From an uncultured Planctomycetota bacterium (GTDB lineage Bacteria > Planctomycetota > Planctomycetia > Isosphaerales > Isosphaeraceae): 64,000 nucleotides of DNA. Below are positions 53,570 through 63,768 of the stretch, piece after piece (position 1 is the first letter of the stretch; every line of letters begins with the position of its first letter). The position numbers were made by a program, and so were the translations under genes. Where the stretch lies: the NCBI GenBank assembly GCA_963845755.1, contig CAWJTV010000017.1, positions 9,889-73,888 of the forward strand, given 5' to 3'. The notes under the pieces are model-generated. The model made no database searches. It worked only from the letters and a program-made list of their open reading frames with translations, and was not told where the DNA came from.

Positions 53570-55959
53570 GGGCTTGCGCACTCTTCTCGCCGATATCCAC
53601 TCTGATGGGGGAGATGATCCGGCGAATCGTTCGACGACGACGTTGGAGTCGCCGCCCGAATCCGGGCTGGCCGGCGGCTCGATGAGCGAGATCTGCGTCC
53701 CTTCGTCGGATCATGCCATCGTCGAACTGGCGAACGAGAGATTCGTCTACCAGAAGAACTGGTCAGGCACCCGCCTCGCAGGCGACTGGATCGCAATCGA
53801 CACCGAGACCGCGAAAATCCAGGACCATGAAGTCCCGCCTCTGGCCCTGGCTTCGGTCAGCTCCGGGCAAGCTCACGCCCTGGTCCATCCCGATCGGTTC
53901 GCGCAATTCATCCTGGTACACCGCCATTGCCACTTCGTCACTTTCCACGTGGGCTTCGATTTTTGGGTCGTCCATCAACACCTCGAGCAGCGTGGCGAGG
54001 TGGAGGCGATCGAATGCTGGTGGGCGATCGCGGAGGAGGGCCGCCTGCACGACTCGATGCTCCTCGACGCCCTGGTCCGCCTGGCCCGGTCCGGTGCTTA
54101 TCCCAACCATCGCGATCTGGGCACCGTCGCCGGGGAGTACGCAGGGCTCGCGATCAACAAGGACGACCCGTACCGGCTTCGTTACGCGGAGATTATCGAC
54201 CGGCCGTGGGATCAGGTGGATCCCGGATTCTTCCGTTACGCGATCGGCGACTCCATCGCGACCTGGCGGACGGATTCGATCCTCCGACCCATGGCGATCG
54301 ATCTGGCCCGAAGCCATGGCGTCACCGACCAGGCGATTGCGAAATATGGGCCCCTGACGGAAACGATCCAGGTCAAGGCTGCGATCGTCCTCGCGGCGAT
54401 CACCAGGCACGGGATACACCTCGATCTGGCCGAGGCGGCGAAGGTCCAGGGGGTCCTCCGAGAGCGTCTGGATGAGGTCGTGGGCCATTTACGGGCCTGC
54501 CCCGAGACGGCCCACTTATTCAAGACCGATCGCAAGGGGGGGCTGCAAATGACCGCAGGGGGACTACCGAGCCTGAGCAGGAAAACGCTCCAGGAGATCC
54601 TCCTCGGCGTGGTCGATGAGATCCGTGCCGACCAAGAGGGCTTCGAATTCGAGATCCCGAGGACGCCGAAGGGCGAGGTCTCTACGGCCACGGAACAGTG
54701 GGCGGAGCTCGCCGAGCACCATCCGTTCCTCCGCGACTGGTCTGCGATGGCCGAGACGTCGAAGCTCTGCCAGTTCTTCGGCGGCCTCCAGTCGAAGATC
54801 GTCCACCCGCGGTACACGACTATGGTCCTCACCGGGCGGACCTCATGCAGCGGGCCGAATATCCAGCAGATGCCACGCAAGGCCGGATTCCGGGAGATCT
54901 TCCGGCCTTCGCCGGGCCACTTCTTGCTGGCCGTGGACTACAAATTCATCGAGTTGGTAGCCCTGGCGGCGATCTGCGAGGCCCGCTTCGGCAAGTCAAC
55001 ATTGGCCGACGTCATCCGCGCCGACCGGGATCCTCATGCCTATACCGCGGCGATTCTACTGGGACTGGACCCGGATCAGTTCCTCGCCCTTCGCGAGACC
55101 GATCTTGCGAAGTTCAAGGAATGGAGGCAGATGGCCAAACCCCTGAATTTTGGAATCCCGGGTGGGCTCGGGCCGGCGACGCTCGTGGCGTACGCCCGGC
55201 GAACCTACAACGTCCCGATGACCGTCGAGCAGGCCGGGGAATTCCGCCGGCGGATGATCACGGAGGTCTACCCCGAGTGGGATCAGTATTTGGCCGATGA
55301 CCCGATGACGAACCTGGCCTCGAGCCTCGGGACCACCGCCGACGCCTGCTGGGCCCTCCTCGACTGGAAGGGCGACCGGTCGCCGGCCCTGGTGCATGCG
55401 ATTCGGCGGGTCGTCCTCGGCGCGACGCTTCGCGCGGACGGCCAACCGTATAGCCCGCGATTCCTCGAAGGCATCTGGAACGGTCTGAATATGCTCAATC
55501 GCTCCGAGTCTCGCGCGCCGCTCCTTGCCGGCCGCCGAGGGAGCGTGGAGCTCTGTCGCCGCCTCTTCGATTCCGGGGTGGCGACCCTGACGGGTTGGAT
55601 ACGGGGCCGTGTCACCTACGCCCAGTGCCGGAACACCCCGTTCCAGCACCTGGCCGCGGCCGGCGGGAAGCTGGCGCATCTGGCGGCTCATGCGGGAGGG
55701 CTACAGGATCATCGGCTTCGTCCACGACGAGATCCTCGTCGAGTTGCCCGATGAGGGTGGATTCGTCTATGAGGGAGTTGTGGATCGCGTCGTCGAGATC
55801 ATGTGCTCGGAGATGGCGGACGTGCTCGGCGGCAAATTGCCGGTCGGCAGCGAAGCGACGTTGTCCACGTGCTGGAGCAAGGACGCCAAGCCGATCGAGC
55901 CTCGTGACGGCAAGATCTATCCATGGCACCCGGATGCGGATGGAGGCGGTCCGACGTAA
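53061..55959 (+). CDS. Family A DNA polymerase with 3'-5' exonuclease (frameshift near 55678); alternative start at 53682
   Basis: IAIDTET ExoI, TGRTSCSGPNIQQMP, AVDYKFIELVALA motif A, RQMAKPLNFG motif B, FVHDEILVE motif C. Confidence 0.92.
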
Positions 55960-56323
55960 GCGTAACGTCGTCGTCTCCGGTGCGATCCGCCGTCGCCCTC
56001 GTCTCGGCCTGGTCCAGCGAGCGACCGGCGACGCGCCGATACCGCCATCGGGCGCTGCGAACCATCTTGCACGACGGCTTGTCGATCACGGCCGGGCACC
56101 CCTGATCGACGAGCCGACGCGCTTAAACGCTGTCGCGCCTACGATTCGCACGTTGCTTGGGGGACCCTTCATCGCGGACGGGATTGTGAACGAGGGGCTG
56201 CAATCGTTCGCGACCCGGGGGCGCGCTCGTCTGGCTGAGACATCCGCAGAACGCCACTCGCTGGACTCGCTGTTTCTTGATGTCCGAAGGGCATCCTTTC
56301 CGAGACAGATAGATGAGAGGGCC

Positions 56324-56674
56324 GTCGCATTATTCGCAGAATTCGCGAAATTTCCGGACGGACGAGCTCTCGTAGGTCGTAAGGGGGATTCTGCGAATTC
56401 TGCGAATTCTGCGAAGGGGTTTCCAAGGATAGCTCTGAGATTCAGGGCTTCGCACGCCGTGGGCGTAGCGAGGCTCGATGGTCTTCGGGAGGCGACGATC
56501 GACGACCCCCGTGAGGAGGTGAGCGGCTGGATGGAGCATGATATCATTCGATGTTTGGCTCTCCTCCGACCACGAAACCTGCCCGCGAAATCCGCAGAGT
56601 TTGCAAAAATGCTGGCGGGCCGACCTCCGAACGCTCCCAAGACCGAATTTCGCGAATTCTGCGGATTTTGTTGA
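56324..56674. repeat. Iteron cluster 2 (two units)
   Basis: Arms at 56324/56388 and 56582/56647. Confidence 0.9.
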
Positions 56675-56841
56675 CGGTTTCAGGTAGCGATTATCCAGAT
56701 AGCCCGACCTCGCCGCGCCACGGTGCCCGCCAGGACCTTCCTCCCGATCACGGACTCGTCGCGAGATCAGAGCGAGTGGACCTCCAACTCGCGGTTCCCG
56801 ACAAAAATTCAGGAAAAATCGCGCGAATAAACTTTAGAGCC

Positions 56842-56869
56842 TTGACGTCTATATGATATTGATTATACT
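56842..56869 (+). promoter_or_regulatory. Sigma70-like promoter
   Basis: TTGACG-16 bp-TATACT upstream of the RHH gene. Confidence 0.6.
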
Positions 56870-56921
56870 GAAAGAGAGGAGTATGCCGCTTTGCTCGGCC
56901 TCAGACATGGAGGATAGGGTT

Positions 56922-57122
56922 ATGCCCCTTAGTCGGACCTGTATCCCGCTGCGATCAACCCAGCTCGAGACGCTCAGGAGCCTGTCGAAAGACAGCGGCG
57001 CGCCCGTGTCGGAGCTGATCCGACGGGCAATCGATGCCTACCTGGCGACGCGTCTTGCGGGCTCCGTCCCGGGAAGGGACATCCCTGCGACCTGCCAGGA
57101 GGGACCTGTTCCAGCATCTTGA
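56922..57122 (+). CDS. Ribbon-helix-helix (CopG-like) regulator
   Basis: RTCIPL..QLETLRSLSKDSGAPVSELIRRAIDAYL; GGAGG RBS. Confidence 0.85.
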   Translation: MPLSRTCIPLRSTQLETLRSLSKDSGAPVSELIRRAIDAYLATRLAGSVPGRDIPATCQEGPVPAS

Positions 57123-57305
57123 GCATCTCGCTTGTTCCTGACGGCAAGGAGGCCGCACGGATGGCATCGGACTCGTATTTCTGGCTCGCAGCGATCATCA
57201 TCCTGGCGATCCTGTATCGCCGGGAGTACAGAAAACTGCTCGCTCCGACCAGAGAGCCGCGAACTTTCGACAGAACGGAGTGCGACAGATCCAGGGAGGG
57301 AGATC

Positions 57306-57950
57306 GTGCCGACGAACCGGAACGCCCCTGAGGCACCTCGCGATGGCGAGGACCCATCCCGCGCAAGAGACGGACTGCCCGCCGAAAAGGGATCGGAGGA
57401 CACTGCAGGACAGCCTACGCCCACGACGACCGAGGTGTTGAGACCGGCTGAGCATTTTGCCGGGCATTTGCGGGAGACCGCCGTTCCGCTGTTCTTGCAG
57501 GCGACCCTGCGAAGCGCCTTGCCGCAGGTCGACCTGGTCGCCTTCAAGCTGTATAGGGACCAGTTCCTGGCCGATTGCGGCAATCCCACCGATCCGATCG
57601 AAATCATCCTGATCGAGCAGATCGTGATGGCGCACCTTATCACAGGCCATCTCCAGGTCAAGGGCGCACACGAATCGTCGGCCGAGTGCGCCGGAGTCTA
57701 TCTTGGAGCAGCGGCACGCCTGACGGGCGAGCTGAGGCGGACCGCCCTGGCCCTGCAGGTGTTCCGGGCGACCGCCCGGCAACTGAAAAAGCGGCCGGGA
57801 CGGAGACCGTCATTCCGGCCGAACTGGTCGAAGAGGTTGAGAGCGAATGCGCCGAAGAATGGGGCCGGCACCGAAAAGGAAACCGTGTCCGGGAGTACCG
57901 ATCAAGATGGACCACTCGTCCTCCCGTTGCGCCGATCCGCAACGAGTTGA
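57306..57950 (+). CDS. Hypothetical helical protein
   Basis: DPIEIILIEQIVMAH...AARLTGELRRTALAL; GGAGG RBS before GTG 57306. Confidence 0.6.
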   Translation: MPTNRNAPEAPRDGEDPSRARDGLPAEKGSEDTAGQPTPTTTEVLRPAEHFAGHLRETAVPLFLQATLRSALPQVDLVAFKLYRDQFLADCGNPTDPIEIILIEQIVMAHLITGHLQVKGAHESSAECAGVYLGAAARLTGELRRTALALQVFRATARQLKKRPGRRPSFRPNWSKRLRANAPKNGAGTEKETVSGSTDQDGPLVLPLRRSATS

Positions 57951-58207
57951 ACAAGCTCGACGGGCTGGGCGGAGCCCGAAGACCTGGAGCTCCGAAGGGC
58001 TGGAACGGCTCCGCACCGCCGTGTTGGCGAAGCGGCCCTGGGAGCTGACCGCGCGGTCCGAAGACGACCGAAGGGAGGGCCCGCTCGGCCCGGAACGGCC
58101 GCTGCGGGCAAAAAGGCCAGAAGTCGGTCCGTGAGGTGAGGGCAGAGGTCGCCGGAGTCTTCGCGTTGATTCACGAGATGATCGCCGCCCGCAGGCCGCT
58201 GAAGTGA
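57907..58207 (+). CDS. Small basic protein with a GP(K/R)TxEG(K/R)ARS motif (HGGxSTG-like; frameshift near 58050)
   Basis: SSEGLERLR..AKRPWEL then RGPKTTEGRARSARNG in the next frame. Confidence 0.55.
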
Positions 58208-58306
58208 GGTCGCCTTGAGGCCGGTTTCAGTCGTCTTAACATCCTGGCGATCGTTTGGACCACGTCCTGATCGCCCTTTCGTTCGGAGGATTCGCCCGTG
58301 TCAAGG

Positions 58307-58711
58307 ATGACCGTGACCATCCCGCTTCCCGACTCGAGGATCTTACACGACGTGCTTCGGCTGTGCGATTGCGTCGATGCAGTCCGGGCTCGCCAGCCGG
58401 CAGGCCCTGGGGGCTATTGCCCGGCCGACGACACCATCGATCGGGAGCCCCGGGAGATCGCCGATCTCCGCGATCACCTTCGGGTCCTCCCGGACGATCA
58501 TCAGGCGCAGATCCACGCGATCTACTGGATCGGACGCGACCTGAAAGCCGGCGCGGACCAATACGCTCAACTTCACCGATACGCCCTGGTCACCGATCTC
58601 GGGGATTCCGGAGCGGCCTATCTGGCCGGTAAGGTCAATCTCGGTGATGGCCTGCGGTGCGGCTTGCAGAAGCTCGGACTCCTCAACGGCCGGATGCCGG
58701 TACGGCCTTGA
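58307..58711 (+). CDS. DUF3775-like protein
   Basis: LRVLPDDHQAQIHAIYWIGRD...YLAGKVNLGDGLRCGL. Confidence 0.65.
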   Translation: MTVTIPLPDSRILHDVLRLCDCVDAVRARQPAGPGGYCPADDTIDREPREIADLRDHLRVLPDDHQAQIHAIYWIGRDLKAGADQYAQLHRYALVTDLGDSGAAYLAGKVNLGDGLRCGLQKLGLLNGRMPVRP

Positions 58712-58747
58712 GGACACCTGTTTCCCAACTTACTGGAGGTTGACGTC

Positions 58748-59134
58748 ATGATGGATACAGTGATCGGATCTCCCGAAACCGACTTGGCCTCGGCTGAACT
58801 CTCGTCCGTGGTCAAGCGACTTGTGACCATGATGGACAGTGACGATGAAGCACAGGCCGGTGGGGCGGCCAGCGCCGTCCTCCATGTTGGATATGGGATC
58901 GCCCGGGCCGCGCTCTCGGTTCTCCATCGCAGCAAGGTCACCTTCCACCGGCTGAACCTGATCGCCGTTCTCGCCGAATTCGGATTGTACGCGGGCGACG
59001 AGGCGGTCAGCGTGCTCGGCGAGATCTCCGTCTACGACCCGGACGAGGATGTCCGCTACCGTGCCATGCTGGCCCGCGATCTGATCAAGGGCCGACAGCG
59101 GCTGGACGAGGATTATGACGCTCTATCAATGTGA
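58748..59134 (+). CDS. Small HEAT-repeat-like protein
   Basis: LVTMMDSDDE..AASAVLHVG and DPDEDVRYRA; GGAGG RBS. Confidence 0.6.
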   Translation: MMDTVIGSPETDLASAELSSVVKRLVTMMDSDDEAQAGGAASAVLHVGYGIARAALSVLHRSKVTFHRLNLIAVLAEFGLYAGDEAVSVLGEISVYDPDEDVRYRAMLARDLIKGRQRLDEDYDALSM

Positions 59135-59830
59135 TCGACGGGGCTACCGCCGGGGCACGGCGAGGACAACGACGCTGGTGGCTGGGCCCTTAAGGCCCGG
59201 CACAATGTCCTGCGACACCAACGGCTGGAGGAGGTTCTCGATTGATCATGGCGTGATGGTCCTGGCCGGTGGCGATGCCTGAATGGCAGGCTGCCGGCCG
59301 GCCAGATACGGTAATGTCGGCAACACGCAGGAATGACCAGGGTCAGCTACCTATAAGGGAGGTGACGGAGGGAGGGGTATGCGCCGAGGACGGCGGCCCT
59401 TACAGCACTTGATCAGCGGTTGGTCTGTCCACTGAGAGTCGGTCCCGTCGAGGAATGGGTCCTTTCCCGATCGAGTTACGAGGCCGCAGAGGCCGACCCA
59501 GGAGGGACTGCTCCCGTCGGTGTTCGCTGAAGCGAGAAGGGGGTCGGACTGGGCCTTGGGCGTCCCAGCCTCGTCGGAGCTCGCATCGCTCCCGGCCGAT
59601 CTCGGTGCGGTCGTCTTGATTGGACGTTGCGGGTCGGGTCGCTGCCCACAGTCGATCGGGCTCGGCAACACCGGGGTAGGCGGATGCGAGACCATGCTGG
59701 GCCCTACCCCCGGCAATGACCACCGGGTAGCCTGACGGGAATCCCGGCGCGGCTTGCCTGACCGGCGCGTCGCCCGGCTGTTGCTGTCCTGACGATCGTG
59801 TGACGCCATTCCGTGACGGGATAAACGGCC

Positions 59831-60805
59831 ATGAACCGCCGCGAGTTTGTCGGGAGTTCCTTATCCACTGCCGCCGTCCCGCAGGCGTCCCAACGCGTCG
59901 CCTCCGACGTCGACGCCAACGCGGGCGGGGCCATCGTCATCGAACGCCACTCGGACGGACGACCGCATCGCGACCGGGTGCTCGCCGTCGTCTCGCCCCA
60001 TTCCGACGACTTCACCATCTTCAACGGCGGGCTCGTCGCCAAGCTGATCGACGAGGGCTACAAGGCCTATCTGATCCGCGTCACCAACGACGACATGGCG
60101 GGCCCGGGCTCGGTCGGCCATACCGTCCTCGCGAACGAGGAGGACAAGGACCGCCTCGTCAGGCTCTTCGGATTCGCGGGCTCGTTCGACCTCAACTACC
60201 CGAACCACAACATGGACAACACGTCCAGGGCCGAATTGAAGAGCCGGTTCATCTTCCTCATTCGCCTCCTCAGGGTCGATACGGTGATCAGCTTCTCGCC
60301 GTGGGCCCACTACGAGGAGAATCCCGACCATTACATCACGGCCAGTTGCGTCGAGGCGGCCTGCTGGATGGCGGGCCGCGACAAGGATTATCCGGAGCAC
60401 TTCGCGGCCGGCCTGACGCCCCACGTCGTGAGCGAGAAGTATTACTACGGCCGATGGGATCCGCGCTCGGATCGGGTCGTCGACTGGGCGATGAACCGCA
60501 TCGTCGACATCGGCCCGTACGTCGAGAGGAAGATCGACGCGCTCATTGAGAACCGGGCCCAGGGCCCGGCCGGAGAGAACGGGGCCCGGCTGCGCCGCCG
60601 CCTCGCGGCGCAGGGGCTGAAGCTCCCGCTCCTCGGCGATGACGACGACTCCGCGAACCGGGCCTTCATCCGCGAGTTCGTCCTGCGCTTCAATCGTGCC
60701 CTCGGCCAGCGGCATGGCCTCGCCTACGCCGAGCCCTACTTCCACATCGGTCGCGAGCCCGACCTCGTCGAGGAGTACGTCCACCAGCACGCCGTCAAAC
60801 GATGA
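59831..60805 (+). CDS. PIG-L/LmbE-family deacetylase with Tat-like signal
   Basis: MNRREFVG; SPHSDD; NPDH; VDIGPYVERKIDAL. Confidence 0.88.
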   Translation: MNRREFVGSSLSTAAVPQASQRVASDVDANAGGAIVIERHSDGRPHRDRVLAVVSPHSDDFTIFNGGLVAKLIDEGYKAYLIRVTNDDMAGPGSVGHTVLANEEDKDRLVRLFGFAGSFDLNYPNHNMDNTSRAELKSRFIFLIRLLRVDTVISFSPWAHYEENPDHYITASCVEAACWMAGRDKDYPEHFAAGLTPHVVSEKYYYGRWDPRSDRVVDWAMNRIVDIGPYVERKIDALIENRAQGPAGENGARLRRRLAAQGLKLPLLGDDDDSANRAFIREFVLRFNRALGQRHGLAYAEPYFHIGREPDLVEEYVHQHAVKR

Positions 60806-61210
60806 CGCGCGCTCGCCCGGCATGAGCAATATTCCCGACGCCCGGGATACGCGACTGAACTCGATCGATAGCCGACGAGCCACCGGGCCGACCTGAATCC
60901 CTGGGAGGCCCGGAAAGCCCTGGAGCGACGCTGGACCGGGCCCAGGCGAGGTCTACCGGCTCCTGCCATGCGCGCCGTCGTGCGAGCCCCCGGAAACCGA
61001 CCAGGTTCCTTCCGTCGAGAATCGCCGCCCCAGTTGGTCGGGTGCCGGACGCTGGCCGCAATCCGGGTCAGCGACGGGCGTGGGGTCCGTGATGCCTGGC
61101 ACCGGAAGCCTCGCCAGGGTCGTCCTCCCGGCTTCTTGGAACCCTGGGCGGGACGCCGGTCATGCATGGTTGCGGGCTTCGAATTCCCAAATTCTTTCTT
61201 TCGGAAACCC

Positions 61211-61520
61211 GTCAGCAAAATCCGCGATATTCGCGAAATTCGGTCCGCAGGGCATTATCGCGAATTACGCCGGGCCTTTCGGAAGGTGATCGGGACCACC
61301 TTCACGTCCCCCTGACTCTTCAGGAACCGTCAGCAAAATCAGCAATATCAGCGAAATTCGGTCCGACGGGGCATTTTCGCGGATTTTGCTGATTCTGCTG
61401 TCACGACCCAGAGTGATTCTCTCCCTCGGCCCCAAAGTGACTCAGATGCATCACCGAGTTCCTCGCGGCACCGGTCCGATGAGCCCGGCGGGAATCTCGC
61501 GAGTAACGCGAATCCTGCGG
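61211..61520. repeat. Iteron cluster 3 (two tandem units plus an extra inverted arm)
   Basis: Arms at 61211/61254, 61329/61373 and 61494. Confidence 0.82.
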
Positions 61521-61783
61521 ACGATTCTTCCGGCAGGTGCTGGCCGACCTGAGCGCCGTGATCGGCGTCTCTTGGCGCCGGATGGCATGCCAGCCGCGTA
61601 CCCGGATTAGCAGCCGAAGGAGTCCGGCGTCGGACGTCGGTGGGCTACTATCGCATCCCAGCGCAGGCCCCGCAGACGGCTCCGAGCCTGTTACGGCCAC
61701 TCGTAGTAGTGGTTGGAGAACGAATCGGCTATCCTGGGCCGATTCGTGCGATGGAATCGTCGCTCTCCCACCCCGGAGGTCCC

Positions 61784-63020
61784 ATGCATCGGCTCCCCTC
61801 TGTGATGGCGTCCCTGCTGGCGATCGCACTGATCGGCCTTTGCCACCCGGCGAACGGGCAGGATCGCGTCCGTCCCGCTGGCCGCCAGCCCCTGATCCGT
61901 GGCGACCAGCGGGTCGTCATCGCGATGATCGACGGTTTCGGCACCGATTATCTCGCGTCCAGCGACATGCCGGCCCTGAAGGGCATCATGGCCAGGGGGT
62001 TCTCCAAGACCGTCCGCGGCGTGATGCCGTCGGTCACGAACGTCAACAATGCGTCGATCGCCTGCGGCGCCTGGCCCGAGGAACACGGGATCACGGGGAA
62101 CTCGTACTACGACGCGGCCCGAGACGAGCTCGATTACATGGAGAGTGCGGCCTACATCCGGGTGCCGACCGTCTTCCAGCGCGCCGCGAGCCGGGGCGTC
62201 AAGTCGGCCCTGCTGACGGCCAAGAAGAAGACGCTGTCGCTGCTGTCGCCCGGGACCGAGATCGCAATCGCCGCCGAGACGCCGACGCCCGAGGCCGTGG
62301 GCCGCTATGGGCCGGCCCCGCCGATCTACAGCCGCGAGATCAATTACTGGCTCTGGGAAGTCGCCGTCGACATCCTGAAGAACCGCCCCGAGATTCGCGT
62401 CGTGTACGTCCACACGACCGATTACCCGATGCATACCTGGCCGCCGTCGGCCGCCGAGTCGAAGGAGCACCTGGCGCGGCTCGATGCCCTCATCGGCAAG
62501 GCCGTGGCCGCCGCGCCGACGCCGCCTTCCTGATCACCGCCGATCACGGGCTCAATGCCAAGACCCGCGGCTGGGACCTGGCCAGGGCCTGCAAGAAGCG
62601 GGGGCTGGAGCTGCGGTTCGCGTTCTCGGCCGAGCGCGACCGGTACGTGAAGCACCACCGGAACCTCGGCGGGGCCGCCTGGGTCTGGCTCAGGTCGCCG
62701 CGGACGCGCCGCGTGCCACCGAGATCCTGCGGGGCCTCGAGGGCGTCGAGGCCGTCCTGACGAGGCAGGAGGCGGCCCGGCGATTCCACCTGATGCCCGA
62801 GCGGATCGGCGAGCTGATCGTCCTGGGCGACAAGGACACGGTCTTCGGGGACCTCGATGCCGACTTCGAGGCCCTGCCACCGACCTTTAGGACCCACGGC
62901 TCGCTCCACGAGACCGAGATCCCCATGATCATCTACAACGCGTCGGGGACGCTCCCGCCAGCGGATCGCCTCCAGTATAACTTTGATATGACGCGCGACC
63001 TGTTCCAGGGCGGCCGATGA
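61784..63020 (+). CDS. Alkaline phosphatase superfamily enzyme, phosphonoacetate hydrolase (PhnA)-like (frameshifts near 62515 and 62700)
   Basis: MIDGFG, MPSVTNVNN, HGITGN, TTDYPMH, ITADHG, RTHGSLHE; N-terminal signal peptide. Confidence 0.82.
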
Positions 63021-63330
63021 CGGTATCGGCCGCCGCCTGGGCTCCCGGAAGCATCCTCCGCTGGGTCGCCCCCGGTACTCCTGGCCACGCCGAGGACATC
63101 TCATTCGCATCCCCGTGGACAGGTGGCGAGCGAGGCCAGGTCTTCCGAGGTGAAGTGGTCGGAGGCACGTGATCGGCTCGCCCCGAACGGGGAATCGGCT
63201 AGCGCCTTTGCCTGCGCGGGTCGGCCTGGTCGACGACGCACCAGGGAGCTCTCTTCGCGGCCCGATGCCCGCCGATACGCCGTTCGCTCTCAACTCGTCA
63301 ACGGTTACCGCCGGTCAGACCGCGACGCCC

Positions 63331-63768
63331 CTCGCAATATTCGCACAATTCTCAGAATTCAGGTCGCGACACGCTCGCGATCCTCGAAGGTCCGAGAACG
63401 CCTCCCGGAACCATGACCACCGCCCCATTTCTGCGAATTCGGTGAATTCTGCGAGTGGGTCCGCAGGTCGAGGATTGGCGGATCGCCGACCGTATGCCGC
63501 CGGGGGCTGTCGGTCGCCGATTTCATGATGGCGCGAGATCGCCGCCGCCGGGCCAGCCACCGAAGTAGTCCGGTCCTCGGAGTCGTCTCCGCGCCGTCCG
63601 GGCGGACCATGACCTCGGGCCCACCACCGATCCGGAAAGCGATGCCCGTCGCAATATTCGCACAATTCGCAAATTCCATGTCCTGGCCGGCTCCCGCCCC
63701 TCGCCATGCTGGGGACCCGCCTGCATCGAGGCCGCCGCCGTTTTCGCGAATTCTGCGAATTCTGCGAA
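63331..63768. repeat. Iteron cluster 4 (two units)
   Basis: Arms at 63331/63428 and 63648/63741. Confidence 0.9.

Noticed and set aside
5954..63020. About 20 frameshifts read as mass pseudogenisation or programmed frameshifting
   Set aside because: They hit unrelated genes whose motifs are otherwise intact and mostly lie in short GC or homopolymer runs, which fits long-read consensus error; read polishing would decide
52374..63768. Iteron units as a CRISPR array or integron attC sites
   Set aside because: Irregular spacing, degenerate internally periodic arms, no cas genes, no consistent RYYYAAC/GTTRRRY ends, and the integrase is a tRNA-targeting type
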